The notes beneath the pieces were generated by a model. The model worked only from the letters and a program-made list of their open reading frames with translations, was not told the DNA's origin and ran no database searches. DNA of 62,165 nucleotides, counting the filler, from Candidatus Delongbacteria bacterium (GTDB lineage Bacteria > UBA4055): NCBI GenBank assembly GCA_016937995.1. It is 3 parts of 3 records of this genome, joined end to end, with 100 filler letters (N's around TTAATTAATTAA, not from the genome) between each part and the next. Parts side by side here need not be neighbours in the genome. Positions count along the whole stretch, not along the records: positions 1 to 27,635 come from JAFGVM010000064.1; 2 more parts are not named here. One strand, written 5' to 3'. Positions 11,801 to 20,795 of this stretch are shown here, one piece after another (the first letter of the stretch is position 1; the number at the start of each line of letters is the position of its first letter). The position numbers and the translations under genes were made by a program.

Positions 11801-14800
11801 CCTAGAGCAAAAGAAAATTATGAACGTTTTTCTTTTGATGATCACCCAGAAGAATCAGCAGGAAAACCAACTCCTGATTCCCAACTGGATAATTACTGGG
11901 ATTTTATTAAGACCGAGAAAAACGGAAGGCTGGATTCAGAGGACCTTGACGGTGGAGGTAACCTTGATAAGACTGTAAAAGCCTACAGGTATTCTCTTGA
12001 ACTGAGATCCAATCCAACTGTGGACCTAAATTATGTTATCAGTAAAGACTATAGTCCCGGTTCAGGTTTTGCACTTTACCGGGTACCTTTAGATGATAAA
12101 TTAAGAAAAATATTGAACAGTGAGCCTGATCTGGCAAAAATGAAATATCTGAAATTGTGGGTTAACAATTCAGCCGATACTATAAATACTACAAAAATTC
12201 AGTTCGTGACCCTTAACCTTGTAGGAAATGAATGGGCTGCAAGAGGAGACAGTAAAGGTAGAATTGAAGCTAAAACAATAAATAACGAAGATGATAAGGA
12301 AAGATACCATTCTCCACCTGGAGTAAAAAAACTTGATTCAGATAATTACGAGGTACCTGAGCAGTCCCTTTTAATGGACATAACTCTTGATCCGTTCTCA
12401 ACTTCAAACTTACCTAAAAATCCAACACTTACCAAATATTTGATAGGTGGAGAAAATTATTTATTATACGAAGAAATGAAAATGTTCATTCATGGTGGTA
12501 CGGAAAAGGATGATCCTTTATGGCCGGTGGATAGACCATTATACTTTGTCTACAGATTCGGCTCAGACTCTTTGAATTACTATGAGTATAGATCAAAACT
12601 TGTAGCAGGATGGAAAAATACAGAAGTTAATAATCAAATGATAATTCCTTTGAACGAATTAACCGAGTTGAAAACTTTAAGATCGGATGACGGTGCACGT
12701 ATTGACTCGATGTACATGAAAGGATTTAACGATGAACTGATAAAAAGATACATAGGTATTCGTGGAAATCCAACTCTTCAAAATGTAAAATATTTAAATG
12801 CAGGAATTATTGACTCAGCGAATACAGCCCTGAATACAGAGATCTGGCTTGATGAGTTACGCTTGGTCAAAGTAAAAAAAGATCCTGGTATGGCAATGAG
12901 AGCTAAATCAAGGATAGAATTGGCAGATGTGGCAACGGTTGATATGGAGATGACAAGGCAGGATGGAAATTTTCACAGAATAGAGGAGAAGAGCGGAAGT
13001 GGATTGAATTCTCAAAATTTCAATCTGAATACAACATTCAATCTGGATAAACTGGTTCCGCAAAAATTAGGGTTGAGAGTACCGCTTAAATATACATATT
13101 CAAACAGTGACAGTTATACAAAGTATCAGGGAAGTACTGACATCTTAGTTGATGAGAACAATATTCCTGATTCTGTAAGGATCATTAATAAAAGACATCA
13201 ATATGATTTCTCTGTCAACAAGACCTCTAAATCAACAAATCCTTTTCTTAAATATTCGATAGATAATATTTCATTTACAGGAAATGCTTCTTTCTCCAAT
13301 CTCAGTAATGCAACCTATCTGACTTCTGAATCTGAAAATTATAAATATAAGATCGGATATTCTCTGAATTTACCGGAATCATGGTTTTCTTTAAAACCTT
13401 TTGGCTGGGTTGGTGCTAATAGTTTCATGAAAGGGATGAAGGATTTTAAATTTGTATTCTTTCCATCAAGTTATACAACTAATTTAGAAACAACGAAAAA
13501 TAAAACTGTTTCATTGACCAGAAAGGGGAATAATACTACATCACAATTATTTGATGTTACAAGATCATTCAATACTAAAATGTCCCCGATACCTATATTG
13601 AATACCAGTTATGACCTGACTTTGAGATCTGATATGTTCAAAACAAAGATCGATACAATTGATACGAACAGCGGGGAAACTGTCACTCTGGTGGTTGATG
13701 ATAAGACCAGAGATTTTTCTGATATTGCATCTTTTAACTTTGGTGAACTGTCAACTCTGGATTCAAAATTGAATAATAATTTGAACTTAAACTTTTTTAA
13801 ATTCTGGACGAACGATCTGTCATTTAATACAGCATACAGTTGGAATGGTAACCTTGCAAATAATTCGATGGGAACTGACATAAAAAACCGGTATGATGCT
13901 AAGATCGGTACTAAATTGAAAACTAAGGATATTTTTACCGGAATTCAAAGTTCGATTGAATATTTTTTCCCTAAAAAGGAAGAAAAAAAAGAGACTGTAC
14001 AACATAACGATGATCCAGCTCCGCCTCAAAAAAATGATCCTAAAGATGTCAAAAAAACTGATAATATGAGGAATATTAGAAAAAGTAAGTCTTCTAATTC
14101 TGAAAAGAAAAAATCTATACTTGATTTTTTAAAGAATAATTTATCTGACCTTTCTCTGTCCTATTCACAAAACCGGGAAAACACATTTAATAATATCAAC
14201 TCCTTTGACCAGGCTGATCTGGGATTTATATTTGGAGTATCTTCCGAACCGGAAGATCTGGAATATGAAAATACCAGCTGGGGTGGTAGTTGGGCTTTAT
14301 CCGGAAGTACAAGATTGAGCCTATCTAATAATCTGGCTTTTGATGGAATAACTTATCAGTTCGGAAGATCTTACAGAGAAAACAATAATGAGGGTTTTGC
14401 AGGTACAGATACAGAGACAAACTTTGTATGGCCGTGGGTCACTGAAGAAGAGCATAAAAAAAGTGATGTGACCTCCTACATGATACCGAATTATTCTATT
14501 AATATTAAAGGTTTGGAAAAACTGATGATCAACTCTGAAAGTATATCATCAATAACAATATCACATCAAAAATCCGGTAATGTTTCTTCGGTCTGGTATA
14601 TGGAGAACAGCAGCCCTGATATGTACCTGACCGGTATTCCCGACCTGGATCCTAACATTCTTAAATTAAGGTCTAAAGCTTATAATGTTTCTTTCAGACC
14701 TTTGGCTTCTTTCAAGCTGAATCTTAAGAACGGATATAATTTTAGTGCTTCTTACAACTACACATACGATATGAAAGAGCAATATGCATACAATGACGGT

Positions 14801-15202
14801 GTTGCAGACATTCAGTCCGGTGATAAAAAATATTCCCGGGAGTTAAGGGTCTCAAGTGGATATAATCAAAAAGGCGGTTTCAAAATACCATTGAATTTTT
14901 GGCCTTTCAACGGTAAAAGACTGGATAATGATATTACCTACAACTTATCATTGTCTTATAACTCTTCAGAAACTTATAAATATGATCTTGAAGCAAAAGA
15001 ATATGAAGGATTTGCAGACGGGATAAAATCAGATAATTTTACTGTAGCTCCGGATATAACATATAAAATATCACAAAAACTAAGCGGTACAGCATCTTAT
15101 TCATATAATTATAATGAAAGCCAGAGTTATGGCGCAAGAAGTGTTGTGAATACAAACCATAAGTTCGAATTAAGAGCTGTGTTGAGTATCTCGGGAAGGT
15201 AA
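8870..15202 (+). CDS. sprA: SprA/Sov type IX secretion outer-membrane translocon
   Basis: 2110 aa with signal peptide. SprA-typical segments FENSLKLTYTGESDEIIQKFEAGN, KGLFGLKT, KNVYSLG, AYIDDFE and IWLDELRL. Beta-strand-rich C-terminus. Confidence 0.88.
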   Translation: MKLRSVLNILMFILVLDLFSIQNSDSTSFKLIYDTGILKNQVEVFPPVGQNFLTKYKKDSIVFSISSTKYKHGIEIDESMQYVVIYERLFEEDYKKSIVMKLQDYISQRTEYETRDQWFKSVTKGLGVGEYGGFLSGEEIAIDIPFKIKSRTFHRVFGGDKIGLRVKGSLSLSITGQKSYTDLPNVEDSSFDFTLDQTQNISIRGKIGTKVDVDIAQNTESLDFENSLKLTYTGESDEIIQKFEAGNIGLSLPGTRFVSYSGVNKGLFGLKTVMQIGNLKNTTIASFEKGQKNQLTVKGGVTTREVSINAKNYLPYTYFYIEDSFKENFATENNYENILAHVPLSTSIYKIQPYSLELFVTIGNEVGTFPDADIYIDYTDNSDSIGVYPNSYPNLYKQNRVKRLEPEQYEINNELGYIRLKSVNLVSGQILAVKYIKQHYQLLTDTIHIGKKVSDTKYELQIIAEKGQKFSAPWSDLEWKNVYSLGGTDVSREDFKLTITKDVAGTTKSEELDPSGVPVPYLQWYEVEDEQANDLVDIGYLNPAYGEFRFPNQRPFEPDSNSVIYKTTGLADTLFTDPEIYQDPYTTFTSPFNLKFVITSKSSTYQLGFNVIEGSEVVRSGATELQKDVDYIIDYHSGQLSLINDLYQTADIEISYESATIFQLDEKVLLGNRFEYSFNKDTYIGGTVLYLSESTNEERVHVGYEPKRNLTLDINGQTKFDTPFITKMLDRLPLIETDSKSSFSLEGEVAQIYPNPNPLDAAYIDDFENSKKNTSLGINYSSWHYSSVPDYYETLVSYTQSTDVTGDGLILPTSYFLQAYSGNSETDEPAFYWYNPNDDDKLAKDDIYTDVPATEKNDKVSTLDMIFKPMNRSEGINGNDIRPEDSWGGVMKYLHSSYQDMREIKYIEFLASTNRNITLNIDIGELSEDVIPDGYLNTEDINNNNVLDIVDNSEDTGLDMMSGQNDFNPLYLFDPNSPRAKENYERFSFDDHPEESAGKPTPDSQLDNYWDFIKTEKNGRLDSEDLDGGGNLDKTVKAYRYSLELRSNPTVDLNYVISKDYSPGSGFALYRVPLDDKLRKILNSEPDLAKMKYLKLWVNNSADTINTTKIQFVTLNLVGNEWAARGDSKGRIEAKTINNEDDKERYHSPPGVKKLDSDNYEVPEQSLLMDITLDPFSTSNLPKNPTLTKYLIGGENYLLYEEMKMFIHGGTEKDDPLWPVDRPLYFVYRFGSDSLNYYEYRSKLVAGWKNTEVNNQMIIPLNELTELKTLRSDDGARIDSMYMKGFNDELIKRYIGIRGNPTLQNVKYLNAGIIDSANTALNTEIWLDELRLVKVKKDPGMAMRAKSRIELADVATVDMEMTRQDGNFHRIEEKSGSGLNSQNFNLNTTFNLDKLVPQKLGLRVPLKYTYSNSDSYTKYQGSTDILVDENNIPDSVRIINKRHQYDFSVNKTSKSTNPFLKYSIDNISFTGNASFSNLSNATYLTSESENYKYKIGYSLNLPESWFSLKPFGWVGANSFMKGMKDFKFVFFPSSYTTNLETTKNKTVSLTRKGNNTTSQLFDVTRSFNTKMSPIPILNTSYDLTLRSDMFKTKIDTIDTNSGETVTLVVDDKTRDFSDIASFNFGELSTLDSKLNNNLNLNFFKFWTNDLSFNTAYSWNGNLANNSMGTDIKNRYDAKIGTKLKTKDIFTGIQSSIEYFFPKKEEKKETVQHNDDPAPPQKNDPKDVKKTDNMRNIRKSKSSNSEKKKSILDFLKNNLSDLSLSYSQNRENTFNNINSFDQADLGFIFGVSSEPEDLEYENTSWGGSWALSGSTRLSLSNNLAFDGITYQFGRSYRENNNEGFAGTDTETNFVWPWVTEEEHKKSDVTSYMIPNYSINIKGLEKLMINSESISSITISHQKSGNVSSVWYMENSSPDMYLTGIPDLDPNILKLRSKAYNVSFRPLASFKLNLKNGYNFSASYNYTYDMKEQYAYNDGVADIQSGDKKYSRELRVSSGYNQKGGFKIPLNFWPFNGKRLDNDITYNLSLSYNSSETYKYDLEAKEYEGFADGIKSDNFTVAPDITYKISQKLSGTASYSYNYNESQSYGARSVVNTNHKFELRAVLSISGR

Positions 15203-15233
15203 AAGATAGTTGTAAGTTGTAGGTTATGAGCCC

Positions 15234-15365
15234 GAAGAGACGGCAGCACTGCTACGTCTCACAACACTTGATAAGGTCATAATATAATACTGTTGGGTCG
15301 GAGTTTACCTCCGACCTAAAACGAGAAATAAGATTGCAACGGATTTAATAAATCCTCGCAATGAC
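15234..15365. repeat. Composite intergenic REP cassette (two GTAG-type palindromes and one ATGAC-tagged palindrome)
   Basis: GAGACGgcAGCA-c-TGCTaCGTCTC; GGTCGGAG-tttac-CTCCGACC; AGATTGC..GGATTTAATAAATCC..GCAATGAC. Confidence 0.75.
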
Positions 15366-15387
15366 GAAATAAAAAGAGTAAAAATTA

Positions 15388-16662
15388 ATGACAGATTTGT
15401 TTTCATACATTGAGGAAGAAGAAAATAAGAAAGAAGCTGAAAAGCTTATTCCTTCTGAAAAAAAGAAAGAAAAAAAAGAGAAAGAAGTTCTTTCTGTATT
15501 TGAGATCACTAAACTGATCAAGGGCGTCTTAGAACCAAATTTTTCAGGTGTCTGGATAGAAGGTGAAATTTCTAACTATAAGCATCATAGCTCGGGTCAT
15601 CATTATTTCAGTTTGAAAGATGAAAAAGCTGTTATCAGTTGCGTTATGTGGAAAGCAACCGGTGACAGATTGAGTTTTAAACCGGATAACGGCCAGAAAG
15701 TTATTGTTCTTGGAAATGTGACAGTCTATGAGGGTAGTGGAAGATATCAGATCGATGTAAAGAAAATGACCGTTTCAGGTATTGGTGAGCTGCAGGAAAG
15801 ATTTGAGATATTGAAGCAGAAACTTCTGGAAGAGGGTCTTTTCGATCAGATACATAAGAAACCGTTACCATTCTTGGTAAAGAATATCGGTGTAGTCACT
15901 GCTGAGACAGGTGCAGCTTTCCAGGATATCAGGAAAGTTATTAGATCAAGAGCTCCTTTTGTCAATATTTTTATTTATAATGCAAGGGTTCAGGGAAAAG
16001 GAACTGAGTCTGAGATCGTTGATGGAATTATTTTGTTCAATTCTCAAGCTGATCCTGTGGATGTTATTATAATCGGTAGAGGTGGTGGGTCACTGGAAGA
16101 TCTCTGGTCTTTCAACGAAGAGGTTGTTGCTCGTGCTGTTTTTAATTCAAAGATACCGGTCATCAGTGCGGTTGGTCATGAAATAGATTTCTCTATTTCA
16201 GATTTCGTTGCTGATGTTAGAGCTGCTACACCTTCACATGCAGCAGAGATTGCAACAATAAATCTTACAGAAGAAAATCTCAGGATAGGTCAGTATAAAA
16301 GCAGGCTGGGAAGTTCTATATCAAATTATTTCCAGAGACAGAATGAACTTTTAAATGCCTATGCAAACTCTCATGCCTTCAAAAGACCTGCGGATATTTT
16401 GAATAATTATACAATGATCCTGGATAATATCGAAGATAAATTTTCAATGCTCCTTAGGGTAAGGTTCGATTCAGAGAAGCAAAAATTATCAAAATATGAC
16501 GATATTTTAAGATCGCTTGATCCCGAGTCAGTTCTGAACAGAGGTTTTGCTATTGTCAGAGATAAAAAGACAGAGAAGATCGTTTCTTCCGCAAAAAAAG
16601 TAAAAAAAGAAACTGAACTAGAAGTTCAGTTTAAAGATGGTAAGGTTGATGTAAAGTCGTAG
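15388..16662 (+). CDS. xseA: Exodeoxyribonuclease VII large subunit
   Basis: VWIEGEISNY..SGHHYFSLKD, GRGGGSLEDLWSFNEE, SAVGHEIDF, RAATPS. Confidence 0.96.
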   Translation: MTDLFSYIEEEENKKEAEKLIPSEKKKEKKEKEVLSVFEITKLIKGVLEPNFSGVWIEGEISNYKHHSSGHHYFSLKDEKAVISCVMWKATGDRLSFKPDNGQKVIVLGNVTVYEGSGRYQIDVKKMTVSGIGELQERFEILKQKLLEEGLFDQIHKKPLPFLVKNIGVVTAETGAAFQDIRKVIRSRAPFVNIFIYNARVQGKGTESEIVDGIILFNSQADPVDVIIIGRGGGSLEDLWSFNEEVVARAVFNSKIPVISAVGHEIDFSISDFVADVRAATPSHAAEIATINLTEENLRIGQYKSRLGSSISNYFQRQNELLNAYANSHAFKRPADILNNYTMILDNIEDKFSMLLRVRFDSEKQKLSKYDDILRSLDPESVLNRGFAIVRDKKTEKIVSSAKKVKKETELEVQFKDGKVDVKS

Positions 16663-16718
16663 GGATCGCAAAAATGCGATCATTAAGCGAAAAAGGAATG
16701 CATTCCTGCGTTCCGTAC
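16659..16718. repeat. Inverted GTAG-type REP doublet (REPIN/BIME-like)
   Basis: GTAGGGATCGCA-aaaa-TGCGATC and an inverted GGAATGCA-ttcc-TGCGTTCCGTAC between convergent genes. Confidence 0.7.
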
Positions 16719-16721
16719 AAA

Positions 16722-17591
16722 TCATTTTAATTTTTTCAGGCTTCGGTAAATCGCTCCGGCAAATAAATATTTAAACATTATAAAATTCATTACACCACCG
16801 AAAAGCTTAGCTTTCATTTTTGCTATAGCGAAAGATAAAGGATTAAAGCAAAATCCTGCTTTCCAGGAAGTTAAAAAATCATAGTTGAATCTGTCTTTAT
16901 TCTCAGGATACTTGTTGATAATATATTTAAAATTTGTTCCTGAATTTTCAAGCTGACTTACCCATTGATCAAGATCTTTATTATGGTAATGTAATAAAAG
17001 GTCCGTTTTATAGAACTTGATCTTTCCCCCGTTCTTTTCTATTCTCATACCCAGTTCAGGATCTTCCCATCCATATCCTTTAAAATTCTCATCGAACTTG
17101 CCTATATTATTAAAGAATTCCTTCTTTATTCCGCAATAAGCTGATGTGAAATAATTACTTTTAAAATTTTCCTCAAATCCTTTTTGATTTGCTCCACGGG
17201 TATTAAGAAACTTATTTAGACATGATTTAGCACCGTCTGATCTTACATTTATAACATTAGCGAAAACCGCATCGAACTCCTGATCCATAAGCTCCACAAA
17301 GATATCGAAAAGATTATCTTTCATCTCGATATCATCATCAACAAAGAAAAGTATGTCACCCTTAGCCATGTCAGCACCTTTATTACGTGCCTTTGACCTT
17401 CCAATATTCTCACCATTATTTATAACGGTCACTTTTTTATCAAAAAAACTTTCAATAGGATGTTCAGGGCTGTCATTCACAACTATAATCTCATAGTAAT
17501 TTTGTGTATCATGATCAAGTATAGAGTTGACAGTTCTTTTGATAGAATCCGGTCTATTGTAAGTAGGTATTATGATTGACATTCTAATCAT
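16722..17591 (-). CDS. Glycosyltransferase family 2
   Basis: SIIIPTYNR, IIVVNDS, ARNKGA, FVDDD and FDENFKGYGWED motifs. Confidence 0.9.
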   Translation of the reverse strand: MIRMSIIIPTYNRPDSIKRTVNSILDHDTQNYYEIIVVNDSPEHPIESFFDKKVTVINNGENIGRSKARNKGADMAKGDILFFVDDDIEMKDNLFDIFVELMDQEFDAVFANVINVRSDGAKSCLNKFLNTRGANQKGFEENFKSNYFTSAYCGIKKEFFNNIGKFDENFKGYGWEDPELGMRIEKNGGKIKFYKTDLLLHYHNKDLDQWVSQLENSGTNFKYIINKYPENKDRFNYDFLTSWKAGFCFNPLSFAIAKMKAKLFGGVMNFIMFKYLFAGAIYRSLKKLK

Positions 17592-18718
17592 GATCTATCT
17601 CCTGATTTATTTGAATATATTCTTGTATAAATAGAATATAAAGTAACAAGCAGTAATGTTGCAAGTGAAAAAATCATTGTCAGCTGTCTATCGGGTAATG
17701 GAAATCTTGAATAAAAATGGTGCGGTAGAGCTAATACGGTCAATATGAGAAGAATATTTTTATTCTTTTTAGTTAAAAATTCTTTCTGTTCAAGTATATA
17801 TCCTACAAGAAAATAGAAAACTGGAAAGACAGGAGCAAATAATCTCTCGTTATCCCCGGCAATGAAACAGCTGAAGAAGTAAATTATTACAAATATAAAA
17901 AAGTATGAATGTTCTTTAAAAAACTTGATTTTTTCTTTGAAAAAAACAGCAGGGATTAAAGCCAAAGGTAAAAAAGTATTTATTATGATTCTGTAGTATG
18001 TTCCGGGTTTGAATATTTTATTAGTGTCATCAAAGTGTAATTTGCCGAAAGAATGTGCAAGGCCACCACCCGAAGAAGACTCGGTTATAATAAAAGTCCT
18101 TATGCCTGTTAAGATTATTACTGAAGGTATTGTTGCAGCAATGAGTTGATAAGTTTTCTTAGGAGATCTTTCTTTGAACCAATAGTAGATCAATCCTGCC
18201 GGAACTGCAAACAGGATGGTTTCTCTGTTTAAAACTCCGATGATCAGAATGATCGAAATGTATAAGAAATTTTCTTTTTTTAAAGCTATGAAGAAGAGTA
18301 AAATAAGTAAATGGGTCACTAGATCGTTTATGTCATAAAAATCCCAGATTGCAAATCCATAGGTATATTTATTGAGCATGAACAGGATAGTTATGAAGAA
18401 TGCAGTGTTCTCTTTTAGGCCGTATAGTATTAAGAACCTTAAGAGAAATATCGGTATCATTAAAGCTATCAATATTGTTAATAAATAAAACCCGAGATCA
18501 GTATTCATAGGTAAAATTCCGACGATCCATGGAGATAGTATTCTGTAGCCGAAATTTCTGGATACTTCAGGATTGAAACCAGGGGATGCTTCTGCCATCA
18601 TTTTATAATGGATTATGTCCGGGATCTCGTTGAACGGTTCAATGGAAATGTTGATCTTTCCGTAATAGAAGATCATTATTAATGATACGAGTATTAGTAA
18701 TAGATATGGTTTTTTCAT
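17588..18718 (-). CDS. Polytopic membrane protein (possibly a GT-C-fold glycosyltransferase)
   Basis: About 9-10 hydrophobic segments and an ATGA overlap with the GT2 gene. The family assignment is tentative. Confidence 0.6.
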   Translation of the reverse strand: MKKPYLLLILVSLIMIFYYGKINISIEPFNEIPDIIHYKMMAEASPGFNPEVSRNFGYRILSPWIVGILPMNTDLGFYLLTILIALMIPIFLLRFLILYGLKENTAFFITILFMLNKYTYGFAIWDFYDINDLVTHLLILLFFIALKKENFLYISIILIIGVLNRETILFAVPAGLIYYWFKERSPKKTYQLIAATIPSVIILTGIRTFIITESSSGGGLAHSFGKLHFDDTNKIFKPGTYYRIIINTFLPLALIPAVFFKEKIKFFKEHSYFFIFVIIYFFSCFIAGDNERLFAPVFPVFYFLVGYILEQKEFLTKKNKNILLILTVLALPHHFYSRFPLPDRQLTMIFSLATLLLVTLYSIYTRIYSNKSGDRS

Positions 18719-18774
18719 ATTTCGTTAATATAAAATAATAGACTCGGCTAAGCTAACAAAAAAGAAATTATTTT

Positions 18775-18963
18775 GTAATTCCCGGACTTGATCCGGAAGC
18801 CTTTTATTTATTTTACGTTACTTTGTTTTGAAACAAAGTAACCAAAGTTCAAGGCAATCCAAGTTTTTTACCCCCTAAAGTGTGCAAATTTTTAACAGTG
18901 TAGGTGCGAACCCCGTGAATGTTGGATTGCCGAATTTTCACGGGGGAGTAATTGGTCGCATCC
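18775..18963. repeat. Cluster of palindromic elements upstream of hisS
   Basis: GTAATTCCCGGA-cttga-TCCGGAAGCC, a stem/pseudoknot element at 18817-18853, and GTAGGTGCGA...TCGCATCC enclosing CCCCGTGAA/TTCACGGGG. Confidence 0.55.
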
Positions 18964-19096
18964 TTAGCAGTCTGTGAAGGTAAGTCAAAAGATGACTTAC
19001 AACTTCCAACTTTCAACTAAATTAAAAAAGGTTTTCAAAAACCACTATATAACATTATATTTTAGCTTAATCATTAATATTTACTTAGGATCAACT

Positions 19097-20335
19097 ATGA
19101 AAGTGAACACTAATCCTGTCAGAGGAATGAAGGATTTTCTGCCTGATGAGGCAGAACTAAGAGAAAGAGTTAAGAGAACGATCATTGATACATATACATC
19201 TTTCGGTTATAGAAAGATCGAGACACCTATACTTGAGCATTTGAATTTATTGCAGTCCGGAGACGGTGGTGATAATGAAAAACTTACTTTCAAGGTCATG
19301 AAAAGGGGTGAAAAACTTAAGATCGATACTGCTAAGGAAGAGAATGATATTGCTGATTCAGGTATGAGATTTGATCTGACAGTTCCACTTACAAGGATAT
19401 ATGCAAATAATCAGGGGAATATACCTCTGCCGTTCAAGGTTATTCAGGCTGACTGGGTTTTCAGAGCTGAAAGACCTCAGAAAGGTCGTTACAGACAATT
19501 TATGCAATGCGATATTGATGTTATCGGAGAGAAAGATATTATCGCTGAGATAGATCTTCTGATTGCTTCATCTCAGGCTTTGTTGAATATAGGGTTTGAG
19601 GATTTTACGATTAAAATCAACGATAGAAAAGTTTTGAAGGATCTTGCAACGAAATGGGGTTTTTCAGAAGAAGACCATGAAAGTGTTTTTATCACTCTGG
19701 ATAAACTTGATAAGATCGGTAAGGATGGTGTGAAGAAAGAACTCATTGAAAAAGAATACTCTCATGATGCTATCACAGCTATGTGGTTTGATATTGGACA
19801 ATTCAATATTGGTGAATATAACCATATTTATCTAACTGATGATTTAAAGAAAGTTATTGAAGGAATAAATTTGACTTCGACGGGTAAATTTAAAATAGAA
19901 TTCGATCCAACTCTTGTTCGTGGAATGGGATATTACACAGGTATGATCTATGAGATAAAGTACAAAGATTATCCTGGTTCAGTCGGAGGTGGAGGTAGGT
20001 ATGACAAGATGATAGGGAAGCGTATTGGTCAGGATGTTCCGGCTTGCGGATTTTCAATTGGTTTTGAAAGGATTGTGGATATAATGTTGGAAGAAGAGCA
20101 GGCAAATAGTTCTATAGAGAAACTTGCAATAATATTTGATCTTGAATACCATGATATTAAAAGAATTTATCAGGAAGCTGAAACACAAAGAATAACGAAT
20201 AATTATATTGTTTCTGTTGTGAATAAAGAAAAAAAATTTGGCAAACAATTGAAGAAGTTAAAAGATATGGGATTTACCCGTTTTGGAGAACTGACAGATA
20301 ATCATTCAGCTTTTACAAGCAAACCCCTAGAATAA
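19097..20335 (+). CDS. hisS: Histidyl-tRNA synthetase
   Basis: RGMKDFLP, RFDLTVP, FRAERPQKGRYRQFMQCDID, LVRGMGYYTG, GGGGRYD. Start reassigned to ATG 19097 (AGGA upstream). Confidence 0.96.
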   Translation: MKVNTNPVRGMKDFLPDEAELRERVKRTIIDTYTSFGYRKIETPILEHLNLLQSGDGGDNEKLTFKVMKRGEKLKIDTAKEENDIADSGMRFDLTVPLTRIYANNQGNIPLPFKVIQADWVFRAERPQKGRYRQFMQCDIDVIGEKDIIAEIDLLIASSQALLNIGFEDFTIKINDRKVLKDLATKWGFSEEDHESVFITLDKLDKIGKDGVKKELIEKEYSHDAITAMWFDIGQFNIGEYNHIYLTDDLKKVIEGINLTSTGKFKIEFDPTLVRGMGYYTGMIYEIKYKDYPGSVGGGGRYDKMIGKRIGQDVPACGFSIGFERIVDIMLEEEQANSSIEKLAIIFDLEYHDIKRIYQEAETQRITNNYIVSVVNKEKKFGKQLKKLKDMGFTRFGELTDNHSAFTSKPLE

Positions 20336-20340
20336 TTGTT

Positions 20341-20371
20341 CATACAAACAGCACAATTGTATGTTTTTTTT
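20341..20371 (+). terminator. Probable hisS terminator
   Basis: CATACAA...TTGTATG stem followed by a run of about 8 T. Confidence 0.55.
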
Positions 20372-20635
20372 CAGCTTTCTTTTGCTTGCCCAAAAGAAAG
20401 TTGGAAAGAAAAGGGCAGCACGAACGCTAATTTTGGGACTACCGGTATTTTTCACTTTAAAATCTGAATCCCATATTAACTGGAAGTAGTTTTTACACAT
20501 CAGTGAAAAATCACTTTCGTCAGGTAACCAAAATTCCGTTAAGTGCTAAAAAATCAAACAAAAGCAAAATAACATTTTACAACCAGACAAATTGAAAGTT
20601 TGATTTGCGATATACTTGGTTACTCATCTAGTAAA

Positions 20636-20787
20636 TGTATGTAAAAACCGAACAAATGTATGGAATAGGCGAACAATATACAGATAAAATACAGATAGAA
20701 TACAGATAATTCTTGACTACGGCAAAAGATTGTATTAAATTTATTGTATGTATAAACCGAACAAGTGTATGGTCTAAGCGAACAATA
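20636..20787 (+). promoter_or_regulatory. Sigma70-like promoter flanked by two 43-bp direct repeats (four TGTATG-N7-CGAACA boxes)
   Basis: Repeats at 20636-20678 and 20745-20787 are 38/43 identical. TTGACT (20713) and TAAATT (20736) lie between them with a 17-nt spacer. Confidence 0.7.
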
Positions 20788-20795
20788 GGATTGGT

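Noticed and set aside
18974-19096. 41-aa N-terminal extension of HisS in the ORF track
   Set aside because: It runs through repeat and AT-rich DNA. Homology begins at MKVNTNPVRG, which has its own SD.
18775-19096. T-box or His attenuator upstream of hisS
   Set aside because: I found no T-box consensus (GGTGGNACC) and no His-rich leader peptide.
20636-20787. Mini CRISPR array
   Set aside because: There are only two imperfect 43-bp copies 66 nt apart, a promoter lies between them and no cas genes are present. An operator fits better.
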